This document shows positions 41,150-54,824 of a stretch of DNA of 64,000 nucleotides, piece by piece; the first letter of the stretch is position 1; each line of letters starts with the position of its first letter. The position numbers and the translations under genes are program-made. Location of the stretch: positions 76,053 to 140,052 of the forward strand of contig NMRA01000701.1 of NCBI GenBank assembly GCA_002633005.1, read 5' to 3'. Source of the stretch: Phoronis australis. Taxonomy: Eukaryota > Animalia > Phoronida. The notes below the pieces were generated by a model. That model ran no database searches and was not told the origin of the DNA. It worked only from the letters and a program-made list of their open reading frames with translations.

Positions 41150-43500
41150 ATTTAGAATTTTTGAAGGATGTTAAGATCGGTTTTGAATATCGAAGGACTT
41201 GTTCAGTCGAAGATCTCAGAAAACATGAAGAGGTTCTGTGTATTTCGTACACTTCTGATAAAGTGGTGAATGTTTTGCAACTGACGCTTTGCAAACGATA
41301 CTTCCGAAACTAATACCGTGGTGTCTAAAGAAACTGGTTCTATATTGTTTACTGTTATTTTATTAGCAGTTTTTTTTTTCTACTGCTATCGTCACAGTGA
41401 GCCAACAAGTAATTTTCACGTGGCCATCGATAAATGATAGTAAACTTGATACGTGCAAAACGTGTGAGTTCCAAATACACGTGCCAGTAAAACCGATTTT
41501 TATTTCAAATGTCCCAGGACACAGCTTGGCAAAAGAACCTTTTTCTTCTGTGCCGCTGTGATGGGGTTAACTCAAGAGTGTGACGTTCTAACTTTCAAAA
41601 AAGTCATGCTTAATTTGAAGTCAATTTACTCTGATATATTTTATGAACAATTGTCTTAATGGACTGTTAGCAGTCAGTGGCAGATCTACGATTTCAGTAA
41701 GGGGGGATTTAGGATTCGAGAGAATCCGAGGCGCGTACAAGTAGCGCCGAGGAGAAGGAAGGTCGCGAGAGGGTTTCCCTCCTCCCGTGTAAGATTTTTT
41801 GGGATTTTTAGTAGCTAATTTCGTTTTTCTGGCTATTTTTTTCCAGTTTTTATTTTTGATCCTGTCCCGAGGGGGGGTTTAAACCCCCTGAACCCCCCTG
41901 TAGATCCGCCTCTGGCAGTGGCCCCTTAGAAAAGACAGCGGCTCAGGTTTTGGTGTGAAATCGTTTTGATTCTGTTCTTGACAGCGAGTAAGAGTTCCTA
42001 ATTCCACGTGGTACCGAACAGGGTGTGCTAAATGGAGTTGATCACTTGTTTCAACAGGCAGAGTGGTCGTAGATAACAAGATTGGTTTAAGTTTGGAAGC
42101 GATTTCTGTTTGACTTAATTCGCGGTCATTGAATCTGGTCACAAAGGAATTGAAATTTGGTCATCGGGGTATGGAGCATTTTGGCTGCTTGTACACTCAA
42201 AGTGTAAGGTGCGGCCAGGGGATTTACACCACAGGTTTGTTTTCTGCTGGTCCGGTACTAGATTTTATAGAATCGCAGCTGATAGGATTTAGAGCCCCAA
42301 TCATGTAATAAGCCCTGTGAGGGCCAGGACCAGCCGTGGCTGTTGCTTGTTCACGGTATGTGTCAAACTTGACCTTGCAAAACTGTCATTTGCATAACCC
42401 ACTTCTGAAAGAGCACTAACATTAAGAAATGTTAGGCATATGTTAAAAATTTTCATTGCCGGTAACAAAACACAACGGAAGCATAACTTGTGTTACGTGA
42501 TCGGTTTGTTATCGTTGCAGGCCACAATCGATCTTTTGAAGTATTGAACCATCGTGTTGCAGTGGATTGTGGGAAGTCGGCATTTCAATCAGAATGAACG
42601 TAGACCTACACTCCCAGCCAACAAGTGGCGATAAAATATCCGACAAGTGTCCACCCGTAGAAAAGTCAACAAAGGAAAAATCACACGCCACCAGCGTGCT
42701 ACCAACCACTAGAATTGTTACATTGGGAATGACCTGCACTGCCTTCAAAACGATTTTCTTCCACACAATTAAACACTTTTCATGCACGAAACTTTAAAGT
42801 TTGAACACTAGGGATGGACGCGCAGTACGTGTTTCAGTGGGTTGATGCACTCAAAGTCACTGGTAGATATTTGTCAACTTCCGAATGACGTAGACACGTA
42901 ACCCGGCCGTCTGAAAATAAGTCCGTATTCTACAAACACGCTCCACTAAGGTTGTTAAACCGGGAACGCAATTTTGCCCAAATATTGCAGTATTACTTCT
43001 CAACCAAAGCAGAAAGTCGTTTAATAAAAGAAGTCGGCAGTATATGCAAAAATTTCAACACTTTCTACAGACATGCCTGGCTCCCTACGCCATATCTTGT
43101 TACTGAATAGTACTCGACGTCAGTAAGTTGTCGTGATTTGTGAAACGTTATCAACAGTTAACCTAATGACCTAGTTTGAACTTGAATGCCATTGTTTGAC
43201 TTAAAACGAGTCCGACCCTCGAGATCTTAATCCTCCGGAAGCGGAACATACGTCCCAATCTCCATATCGAAGGTGGTCTTTTTAAACGACAAATTTCTTT
43301 GATTTTGACTTGCTAGTACTTGTGCAGGAAACTGTGATCAGAACAGAGAACTGCTGATCATTGTATTATCCACTGAATTATGTTTTTAAACTATCGTGAA
43401 AGTTGCAGGTTCCATATTTCTTTGAAAACCGCCATTTGCAAAAATTGCAAGGAAATGAAGCCAGCACATGTGAGTAGCTGTGGTTTGTGACAGGTATCAT
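41150..43500 (-). mobile_element. Decayed Gypsy-like pol relic (RT-RNase H-integrase), interrupted by a MITE
   Basis: Minus-strand remnants in order: PLP..DL..G..F, YGV.S, DF.L (YLDD-like), VEY.G, LVACDFS (CDAS), QTDH, W-AL-ILSA..YKI.YR, CQ...PEPL, WPR.N, RNT...SPS. Confidence 0.65.
41675..41914. mobile_element. MITE with 5-bp TSD (hAT5-like)
   Basis: TIRs CAGTGGCAGATCTAC / GTAGATCCGCCTCTG; TSD GCAGT (41670-41674 and 41915-41919). Confidence 0.85.
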
Positions 43501-43691
43501 GACGTTATTGCGTGATTACCTAAGAAAAATCCAGCGTTCTCGTAGTTAATACATAAACACGTGAACAGTGACAAATGTACATCGGTGCATGACCGCGGAT
43601 GTACCCACCTTACCAACTTTGGAGAACTTTATTCTGAAATGACACGCTCCGAAACCGCTTACCAAAACTCCCAACAGCCGGTCCCTCGGCT

Positions 43692-43953
43692 CGTTGCAGT
43701 GATAGACCTTACACACTGTACGTTGCAGTGATAGATCCTGCACGCTGTGCGTTGCATTGATAGGCGATAAACGCTGTACGTTTCAGTGATAGGCCATACA
43801 CGCTGTACGTTGCAGTGATAGGCCATACACGCTGTACGTTGCAGTGATAGGGCCTACACGCTGTACGTTGCAGTGACAAGCCATGCACGCTGTATGTTGC
43901 AGTGATAGGCCATACACGCTGTACGTTACAGTGATAGGCCATACACGCTGTAC
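43692..43953. repeat. 29-bp minisatellite, about 9 copies
   Basis: Consensus CGTTGCAGTGATAGGCCATACACGCTGTA repeated head-to-tail. Confidence 0.95.
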
Positions 43954-46900
43954 AAGAAGCTCAAGCGAAAGTCATTTCAGAACGAACCATAAGAATGGTG
44001 GACAGCATCTTGTACCGAAATATAACAGCCCTTAAAATGTCGTTAATTCTAGCTTGAAGATGGGACATGGCCAGTCTCAAAACAAAGTGTTCCCTTATAT
44101 ACCTTTTTGAGCTTGTCTCTTGGCGATTTGTCGTTGCTCTTTAGATGATCAGCGATTACACCAAGACGGAGCTGGCAATGCAGTTAACATGTCGTATATT
44201 TACCAACTATTTTCGGTGCAAACGAGGCTGCTGCCAGAAACATGTCTTCAAAAAAGTAAATAAAAGACAGGGTGCTGAGATCTAAAGTGAATGCTATACC
44301 GATTTAGCGTTCGATTATGCACGTGTGAATGATAAAGACTTTTAATTTCTCATCTTTAGACATCCTGAGTTGTCGCGATTTACTAATTTTGTAAATGTAT
44401 AGATTTGATGCTACGTCAAGATCTTTCAATATAGACAGAAGACGCTAAGCCCCATTATCCATCATAACGATCTTGTTAAATGATGGTTGTTAAATTAAAA
44501 TAGTATTGAAAGTTTCTAAAATATTAGACCTCATGGATAATTTTATCGACAACGACAGTCGTGGATTTTTACTTAAAATTCCGTTGCACTAGCAATACAG
44601 GTATATGGCCTCGGTAACAATGTGTTCGAGTTAAGTACTTAGGCTGCCAAAAGCGTACGAACAAAAAGTACGTGCATACGAACAGCAGAGTCGGAGGATG
44701 ATTTATCGAACCAGTATCAAGTCGTTTAGCTGCACCAACCCAATGCAGCAGGTATATTCATTACAAAATAATGTGCCGGGTACCTACGTACCTCTATGGT
44801 TCAATTGGTATAAGCGAATTCGATGCTCAAGTGCCTATGAATGTCTGGGTACAGAATTAAAAACTTGCCACTAACGTTATACATTAGTTTAAAGGGGAAT
44901 GATAACTTCTTTGAAAGCGTTTTTGGTCAAATTGGCGCATTGCACTTTTGATGAAATCTATTTTGAATGTTTTTAGTCGAGTTTTGTAAAAACGACAGTA
45001 ACAGTTCTTTAAACCAGACAAGTGAGGCAATGAGCAAGCTACAAATTACATGTAATTTATGTGTCTGACCGGCTGAATGTTGGCTGTAATGGTTTTATCG
45101 CCTACTACTGGAATCATTTTTAAAGCCAAAAGCAAACTTATGTAACAAGGCTGAGACTGAAAATCTGCGGGTGTCTCGCGCACTGAGCACAGCTATCAGA
45201 GCTGAAAAACGCGGGAACGCACTTTACGCAGACCAATTGACTGCTCCCGGCTTCACTACATTCGGTTTGGAGAGGAACTGCATCTTTATTAATTTCATAT
45301 TTTTTAAAATCAACTTAGAAGCTCCGAAATACCTTTTATAGTAAGTGAAATAAGACAACTTATAACCAAAAACCGTCTGAGGATACACGTCCTTTTATAA
45401 GGTGTTTTACAGCAGATTTCACGAATTTTTGTTCCACTATTCACCGTCTAGCCGACTGCAACAAGACGAGCAACATGGTTTGCAAGGAGTCGTTAGCTTG
45501 GTCCCCACTGCGATCGTCACTTGGGTAGCTTCATGGTGCAAATCATCACCACATTCTGAGACGTAATTTTAAATTCTTGCGTACGCAATGAAGCAATGTT
45601 TCGTTATCGCTTTCACACAGGTCTCTCTTATTTGACTCCGTGGCTCTAGATGACGACTTCCTGCTTACAGACCAATAAGATGTGTTGGCCGGTTCACCCA
45701 GCTTAGACCGCGAAGTCAGAGTAAAGTGCAACCATTGATATAAATCAAAAAACACTGGAAGTTCACAACAGACGTGTTTAAAGTTTTTAAGGGAGCATTT
45801 ATAAAAACTGTTTTGATGTCGGAACTGCTGTTGGCTATTTTTTCCGAGTGCTCTGACAAAAACTCCAAATCTATGCTGTATGTACACGTAACGCAAGTCG
45901 TATAAAACTTTGCGCGGCTACGTCTTACGTTGCAAAAACTTTACTATGTATGCGATCAATTTCCCGGAGACGTTTAATTGACAGACATGCACATCGTTGT
46001 GGATTTTACGATCACATTGAAAGCCTTTTTACCGGACATACATGTACACTGTATGCCGTCCGCAATGTTATAAATTGACGTTGAAACATGATATGTCTCA
46101 CTAACACAGTAGATTGTTCATAATTCATGTATATTAATCGCAAGGGCGACTATGGCAGCGCCAAGATGAATCGAGGCGTATCATGGTAATAACGTTTTTG
46201 AAAAATTCACCAAAGACCGGTCTTTTCGAGGTTTTTCTCAGTAGATATTCGTAATACAACCCTGAGTGAATCTTATTAAAGCTTGATAATCGTGTTGTTT
46301 GGCCTCTACCACTTGAAACGCAGTATAAAAAGGTCTCGATGTCATTGGACTCAGTGTCGCATCTAAATGTAATTCAATTGAGCATACGGGCATTCACTGA
46401 ATAAGACGCCCATACATGTACGTAGTTGGACACCGATCTCTCCTCCTTCACCGGCTTCGTGTATTTTTTCCGTTTCGGCACGTTATTGAAAAAGTGAACT
46501 TCACTCTGATCGAACGAACGCATCCATGGATCAACACTGGAACACAGCTTCATCAAAATGGACAAAAAGTGGTGGAGAGGACCACGAGCATACATGTACA
46601 TAACACAGGTATACACCCACAACTTGATCAGAAATGACCAATTCAGAAAGACATCGCCTGCCACTTACCTCTGTGCTCACAAATCTCGCGAACAACCAGC
46701 GACGTCATTAGTACCGTGTACAAGACTGTTGAGGTGTGCCTAATGAGCGAGTCAGTGTGCCCCAAACAAAATCAATATTTTTTGTTTATACTGAGTGTAT
46801 ATTTGGTCAAACTTGCTCGCGTGAAAATCGATCATTCTTATGAAGCACAGCAGCGGGAAACCATCGTGATGAAAGCTTGTCAACGGTTAGGTATTGTTTA

Positions 46901-47347
46901 TTTTAGTAACGAGTGACCTACCTTAATTTTATAGAAAGCGTTGTTTTCAGAAACTGTCGAAGTCGTGCGCAGTGTCAACAGCTACGTAGAGCAAAATTTG
47001 GTCTAAGCGTCAGGGCTTCATGCTGGGCAATCTACCTGGGGGAGCTATTTATGAGAGCGTGCTCTTTATTGCGTGTGGGCACGGAGTGCAGGCAACCTTA
47101 TTATTTATGTGTCTTTGCTCAGTACGTGTCTTTCTACAAGTCCTAGACGCACAGTACAACTTGTTTTTGTATGAGAACCGTATATGCAGTGTCTCTATGT
47201 TTTTTATTATAAAGTCTTATTATCAAAAATACTGGGTGAATAAGCCTTTGTATTGTTTTTGTTCTTTTTGTGTGTATGTGGTGTGAATGAGTCAGGATTG
47301 TATGTTTTTTTGAGATTGTAATTTGCTACATGTGCATAACTGTTATA

Positions 47348-49730
47348 ATGATGACAAGAAAACTTAAAATGACCTTATTGAATTGCATAGGGCTGGGTCT
47401 CCGTGAAAAACTAAAGGATGTTCTCACTTATTTAGGATAAAAACAGTATTACATTTATTACTTACAGAACACACACTTTACTAAGAGAGAAGAAAACAGT
47501 ATTAGGTCAATGTGGGGATATGAATGTTTTTTTCAATCCAAATACCTCAACTTCCCATGGAGTGGCGATCCTCTTTAAGAACACTTTTGAGAATATACTA
47601 CAATGTTAATAAAATAATTTTGGATATCACTATTATTGAGGCAAGAATAACGTTAATTAATACTTATTGTCCAAACAGGGACTCGCCGTCTTTTTTGAAA
47701 AAATAAAACAAGGAATTCAAGATTTAGGAAATTTGTCTGTTATTTGGGCAGGCGATTTTAATCTTGCTTAATTATCGACAAGTTAATAACCCGAAGTCAC
47801 GGATTAAGTTGAATGGAGATTTGTACAGAATTGTCTGTTGCTGATGTCTGACGGGAACTAAACCCCAATAGCAAAAAGTACACTAGGGGGAGCTGTAAGT
47901 AAACGATCCAGACTAGATTATTTTCTAATTTCTGAAAACCTTTCAGCCGATATTAACGACTCCATAATAGAATTCGGTTACCGGTCCGATCATTCAATGG
48001 TGACGGTTTTTTAAAGTACTGTTTTCAGGAGAAGGAAATCATTTTGGAAGTTAAATAACTCTCTCTTAAGAAAATCTGAGTATATTGCTGCGGTCAAGGG
48101 TACCATTAAATTCGATAAACAGCAGTATAAGACTGACGACATTCAGGCAGTCGATAGTACAAGTAATTCAGATTAATGATCAACTTTTTCTTGAAACGTT
48201 GATGGAGATTCGCGGCAAAACAATTTACTTTGCTACTTACTTAAAAATATGAAGTGAGAGAGCTGAACTGCAACTTATCGAAGAAATAAGCTAGTTGGAA
48301 AGAAGTCTAAGCCTTGATAGGGAAATACTTAAACAAAAAATAATCAGCTTGCCGCGCTAAGGCAGAATAAGTTAAAAGGTCTTATGACTAGGTCGAGAGC
48401 AAGATGGATTAAAGAGGGTGAAAACCCTTCCAAAACATAAAAGTTAACTTCATTTGAAAATCTGGAGACTCATATCGTTACTCAATGTGACATACTCATA
48501 AATTGACTTCTTCGGCGGTGGCTGAACGGTTACAATCCATTTTGGGAAAACTAAACAGAAAGGACCAGACAGATTTTGTTTCAGGAAGATATATGAACGA
48601 AAATATCCGCGTGCTATATGATTTAATGTTTATGCCTAGTCAGCTGACAAACCAAGATTGCTCTTACTGATCGATTTTGAGACAGCATTTGATTAATCGT
48701 CGTGGAATTTTGTTAAAAAAAATATCTTTCTTTAATTTTGGTTGGTCTATCAGAAGGTGGGTAAAAGTCGTTTATAGTAATATTAAGTCGTGTGTCGTCG
48801 TAAATGGTCACCCATCTTCGTGGTTCAATACTTCGCGTGGTTGCAGACAAGGTGACCCTTTGTCCCCCTATATTTTCATATTGTGCGCGGAGATTTTGGC
48901 GTATTTAATCAAGAATAATAAAAATATTGCAGGTGTAGTTGCAGGGAATAAGGAATATTTGATTCCACAACATGCGGACGACACATCAATTACATGTACT
49001 TTGCATGAGTCGAATTTCTTATTGACTAGCACATTGAATGTACTACATTTGTTTGCTATTGTCTCCGATCTTCAAGTGAATGTGAATAAAATAAAAGCCA
49101 TATGGTTTGGAAGTTAAACTGGTATTGATGACACGATTCCTACAAAACAAAGTCTGTCTTGGGGGTGGATTTTGACACTCAATTGGATAGTATGCATGCG
49201 CGCACCCAGGGGGTGGGGCAAAGTAGGCAAAAAGGTCCACCTCAGAGAAACAAAAGTCCGAGAAAACGAGACAAAAGTTTCCTAAAAAGGCAGGACCAAC
49301 CAAAATTCGGCGAACGCATAATTCACAGCACTGAACGTACCTCGTCTTTTTAGTAAATGGTCCACATCCCCAAAAAATTCGAGTCCCCCAATTTTTAGAC
49401 TGGGTGCGCGCATGGTATGACGCATAAGAACCTCACTGCAAGAATAAATGAGATTAAGTCTTTATTAAAAAGTTGGAGTCGACGAAATTTAACGACGTTT
49501 GGTAGAGCCCGTAACTGTAATTAAAACGTTAGCTATTTCTAAACTAAAATTCTTTGTTGTCAAGTGTACCAAATCCTCCAGTAAAAGTCTTGCATGAATT
49601 GAATACGATATTCTTTGGATTTGTATGGCAGGCTCGTAATGCTAAAATTAAACTACGGCCTGTTTAGGACTGGATCAAGGGGGACTTCAAATGGTTAGTA
49701 TACATACTTTCAGCAAAACTTTAAAACTCG
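47348..49730 (+). mobile_element. L1/Tx1-clade non-LTR retrotransposon ORF2 pseudogene (APE endonuclease + RT), internally deleted
   Basis: Endonuclease motifs LNCIGLG, LQNTH, GVAILF, INTYCPN, AGDFN, RLDYFLIS, SDHS, FWKLNNSLL, RSRARWIKEGEK; RT motifs IDFETAFD, RGCRQGDPLSPYIF, QHADDT; multiple stops and frameshifts; large deletion near 48440-48520. Confidence 0.92.
49195..49414. mobile_element. MITE with 15-bp perfect TIRs and 5-bp TSD inserted in the LINE
   Basis: GTATG|CATGCGCGCACCCAG ... CTGGGTGCGCGCATG|GTATG. Confidence 0.92.
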
Positions 49731-50599
49731 CCACGAGATACGAGAATGGTCTCTCCTGAGATGAGGAAGCGTGAATGAACAAATGTCCTTGTTTGTTTAC
49801 GGGTTTTGTATTTGTTTATCAGTGATAATAAATATCTGAAAAAATTTAGTCATTGACTCAGAATTAAACCTGTCAACTTAATGTACACTCTTTCATGTCA
49901 TATTTTCCATTAAGAGTATTTCTACCTTGAGTCAAGGGCAAATTATGAAGATATAACCGCCATGCATTAACGTTCGAATAGATATTAAAGATATATTTGA
50001 ACAGAATGAATGTGGAAATACAATACCTGCAAAATAGCAATTACAAGAATGCTTGGCCAAGGCACTTAAATCACCGAATACAAGCTGGACTCGATTAATC
50101 GTGCTGCATTATTGAGAACAAATTTGTAAGTTTACTCGAAGCCTGCTATGGACCCCAATCTACTGTACTTTCGTGAACCGAGGTTAGACACTGAGCAAAT
50201 ATTAGACGGGAATTCTGCGTCATTTTGGATAGAATTTCGTGAACAAAGGAAGGCTATTTCGTCACCAAGATTCATCTGCCTGGCAGTCACGAAGAAAAAG
50301 GACGAACCTTTTGGAAATGTTGATTCAATATTAAGTGTTCGGTAGGAAAATAGGTTTCAGACGAAATGGGCGTTGGCATAGTTAAGAAGGTACATGTACA
50401 TGTACACACTGTTGATGAACGATGCAAAGAATACGTAACGTCCAACAATAGTTCTCAACTCCCAACCTGGAAATAAACTATGACAATAGTTCATTACTAT
50501 TAAGCCATCCGTCCTTAGACTGACGCCTCCGTACAAATATGCAAATTGATAAAAATCAAATCCTACATGTACCAGGGGCAGGCATCCTTTAAAAAAACA

Positions 50600-52010
50600 G
50601 TGCAGGTGGCCTGATGTGATTTGCCGTGCATCAGACGTGCGCAGGCCTCATGGTTGGACCCATTGCACAAAACACCTGAGCTAAAGCACTAGAGCCCCAA
50701 TTTCAATTGTTCTCGTACTTGTACTTACCTCAGAGGGTGCGATGTTCTTATCTTACGAAACATCTGTCGGGCGTGTTCATATTTGTGTATGTTAAACATG
50801 AAATTCAAATCATTTACCGTGTCATGATCCTGTAACACTACATGTACCATGATTCCAATATTTTGCACCAAGAGATGGACGAGCGTTTTTAAAACATTTC
50901 ATTCCAGGTGACTGTTTTTGTTCAGGTTCAACATATTGAAAAATTAAATTAAGAAACCACATACTGGACGGACTACCTGCTGTGCAGACTACATTTGCTA
51001 TGTCTTACAGCGACAGGTTTATGTTCCGGTACTACCCACGAAAATATTTAGGCATGTCAAATTTAAAACACAAGTAAACAACGTTTTTGATATCGCTTTA
51101 ATTTCTCAAATGTCTGATAAAAATCACACATCATTGCATAATATATGCTACTGATTCTATTGTACTCAGAAGATTGAAGACCCCAGGTGGTTTGTATGCA
51201 AAAGCTAATTTAGATGTTCGCACATTCGTAGACGCTAGTTCGTTAGCACAAGATTAGGGCTGCGTTCTAACGCGAGACGTAAGCCACTAAGACGAGAAAC
51301 CTTGATGAAACATTCCAGCTTTGCCGACCAATCTCTTCTGTGGTGGCTAGTATATTAGTGTAGGTTACCAAGCTCCCGAGCTAACCGGCGGAGCTCTCGT
51401 TTTTCACTCGCTTGACTGTCCGTGATCATGCTTTGCTGGAAACGGTCCTTCTTTATAAAACACAACCCAATTCTGCACCACGTGCTTAATGATATCGAAA
51501 GGGCACGTGAAATGCCACGTTGCTCTTATATGATTGTGCATCACCAGGATGAGAACCCTCGGGATATTAACATGAAGACCATTGGTTCATGACAACTATT
51601 TGACACGGTACTCTAAGATATTTACCTTATTACTCCGTCGTCTGGAGTTTAAGACCACTGATTATAATCGAGTCTTGTAAATACAATGTGTGTTTCAGTT
51701 CCTCAGTGATTTCGAATGAAGCTACTGAGTATACACCCCGGAATCCACATTAGAACACTGGGGAAATTACAGTCGCTAATGGCCTCTAATTTGTTTGTTT
51801 CAACACGGTAATTGCTTGTTAATACATGTAGGATTAACGCGCAAGCTTGGTGCACGGATAATAGACTCTCAACCGCATGCATGGAGACGACGACGTGCCA
51901 ATACGAAACTCGTCGTCTGCTTTACCACGAAGTCATGACCGAGCAGTGCGCCCACGTGGTCTTATTCTATACTATGGGTTTACGCCGTCGTGTATGCATC
52001 CGGCGACGAT
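50600..52010 (+). mobile_element. Decayed Gypsy-like pol relic
   Basis: Plus-strand remnants in order: LDP...KAL, LDGLPAV, VDASS..LG, TRNLDET, DHALLE, SAPR, YRKG, EITVANGL, TCQ...LL.HEV.....V.LF. Confidence 0.55.
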
Positions 52011-52261
52011 AAGAAGATATATTTCGTAAGTTTCATTAAGGAAAATATTTATTTTGGAATCATTACAACTAACTCACGTTTGGAAAAAATATATCACGAC
52101 GCTAACATCAATTATCTACAACTCTGAAAGGAAAAAATAACGTAAACAATGTACATGTACCAACTTTTGACGGTAACACTGGTTGACAGAGAGAAGCATT
52201 GTCCTGGAACAAGATACATGTACGACAGAACGACCCAGTTTCCTTGGCTTAGTTTAATTTG

Positions 52262-52390
52262 TGATGATGTTGATAGTGATGATGGTGGTGGTGGTGATGG
52301 TAATGGTGTGGGAGTAGTGACGGTGGCTTTGACTGTGGTGATGACTATGATGAAGACGAAGACGGTGATGAAAATGGGGGTGATGGCGAT
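52262..52390. repeat. Degenerate (GAT/GGT/GAC)n trinucleotide tract
   Basis: GATGATGTTGATAGTGATGATGGTGGTGGTGGTGATGG... Confidence 0.8.
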
Positions 52391-53974
52391 TATGTACTTA
52401 CCATCGATGCCACAGAATTTACAAAAAGAAACGCAAAAAGAAAGGATTTAACATTTTGTAACAATTTTCTTTTGGTCTAATTTGTCATTGACTTAATCTA
52501 ATTAAAACCCACCCGCATTGTCTTCATAGCCAGTATGATTTCACATAAAAACACATTTATCAGCGGAATCACATGTCCATGCGCTTATTGCACTAACTGT
52601 CAATAAAGGTATAAGTCACAAACATAACGACTTTACCTTGACCTATACAGATGACTCTGGGAACTGTCCTTTTAGTTTGCTAGTTCATCACTTGGCAATG
52701 GATAGTGCAGAACATCGGCGACTATTCTCCAGGATCGAACAGGTGGCTGATTGATTTTGTCAAAGCGGACGGAGCCGATTGTGCGGTCGCCAACGGAGGA
52801 CCAAATGCCAACGAGCGTATATTGACTCGCTTCTAACGAGTAGAGCTTGTCAAGTGACCGCGAGGTAAAAGTTCATATCCTGTGCGTGGGCTGGTTAAGT
52901 GTACATACGCGATTATTTAATTAGCGGGAGGTTACCTTAGAAACAGCGAGCATAACAGAAAGCAGCTACTGTGCGTACATGCGCGTTCATTGTTTGCCAT
53001 ATCGAATCATGTTCATGTCACAATTGTTTTCTGAGTACTGCAGCATTAGGCCTACAGGTGTTTGTGAAGCGAGATAGAAGAGTTTGTATGCAAATCAGTC
53101 TCCGCCCTCGCCAAGGGTTTCACTATAGGAGCATTTGGAGCTTGATTTATTGAGAAAATTTAACATTTATCATCTGTAATTAATCAAGATCGCACAAATT
53201 GATATTTTATGTCTACCGTTCACACACGAGCAGACACATTGGACTTAAATAACACTCTTGGCGTTTATCTGAGCCCATTTCATCCAACTCTCAACGTTGC
53301 CGAACCGACCCGATTATGGCGAATAAGACGTCTAAATTCAGGCAAATTAAACCGAATTTTTCGTATTTTATACAGGAATGAGCATCACGATCCTGAATTT
53401 GGCTACAAAAATGAATCGTGTAATCCCCAGAAAATTTTTTATTAAATCTATTCCGCGACAGATGTGATTCAAAGAAATGCGCCTTTGGGGATTTTTTTGT
53501 ACCCGGATCCTACATGTAGATGTAAATAGGGGTTTGATTTATACATGTGCAATACACTACAGTTCAATGGATTGTAATGTAGATTGTGCATTGGTGCAGC
53601 CACACAACACGCAGAACTATTTTTGGATATCGACAATAATTTGGTACCTCTGGGCTAAATATCCCTTGTTTTAATTAACAAAAAATCATTGTCAATTTTA
53701 CGACCAAAAAACTCGTTTTGGGGATAATCAATGAATTTGATAGACACGAACAGGGGCTGTCGGGAATGTCCCTTCACGTTTCCATTGTTAAAACACCTAC
53801 GGTCGTTTTGATCCTGAGGCCAGTGCTTGCCAAATCATGGTACACTTGAGATTATATACCTCTCTGACCAACGTTTGTGGACAGGAATGACATTCGACCG
53901 CCACATCTCGCTTAGTCATCGATTTCGCCACCCTCTACCGGCATTATTGTTTCACCTGGGTAGCTATAACTTAA

Positions 53975-54813
53975 GGAGTGCGACCGCGCCATTGGCACAA
54001 AACTATCATTTCTGATAGTGTCTGCCCAAACAATCGGAATAGCGTTCCATGGAGAAAAAAGTCCTACGAGAAAATCCAGATCACGCAAAATCACGCGAGA
54101 GAATGACGATAGTTTGGCGAGTATGTTCGAGACCCAACTAAGGACAGAAGTAGCAGATTCGTGCAGTGGCTGATGTCGAAGCAATCACTTGTCTGGTTCA
54201 ACACGAGACTCCTGAAAAACGGATAACGTACAGAAAACACAACAGTAAGGGTTTTACTCAACAAAGACCTGTCTTTTTGTTTTACTACGTTCACCGAAAA
54301 AAACTGAGTTGCCGAAAATAACCAAAATTGCGATTTTGGCAATTTGTACCCAAAACTGCAGTCTGAAGCCGGTAACTGTATATCCTGCAAAAATCCCAAA
54401 GAACAAGGAAGTGCTCTGAAAATGACGGATCTTACCGAAAACGGAAAATTTCTGGACTTCTTTCACTGAAATCAACCCCAAAGAACTACCATTAGTAACA
54501 GTCGTTAGAATTTACACTCTCTAATACGTGTAGTCGCGAGGTAGCAGACAAAAGCATGCGTGAAAGATGCCGCTCCAAAATCAAATGGGAACCCATAGAT
54601 CTGAGTCCCTGTGGCACACAGCCATATTTTCTGAAAACGATCCCGTAGCTCCTGTTTTCGCAACTGTCAGCCACTATCGGAACCCGGGTCATCACTATAC
54701 CGTACTTTCAATGTTGTCAATTTCGCATGCACATGGTCGCCGCTACCGTCGGCGCAAAGCTTCACTAAACTAAATGTTGAAATATTTTTGAGCCTTAATT
54801 GCGGTACAGGTTC
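53975..54813. mobile_element. Possible Kolobok-like non-autonomous element (imperfect TIRs, TTAA-type flanks)
   Basis: TTAA|GGAGTGCGACCGC......GGCACAAAACTAT versus the reverse complement of ATATTTTTGAGCC......GCGGTACAGGTTC|TTAG. Confidence 0.4.
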
Positions 54814-54824
54814 TTAGAAGCTTA

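Noticed and set aside
43692-43953. CRISPR-like array
   Set aside because: Units are head-to-tail with no unique spacers, the context is eukaryotic, and no cas genes are present.
52690-52860. Possible LINE endonuclease fragment (LIDF...ANG, YIDSLL)
   Set aside because: Too short and degenerate to call without an alignment.
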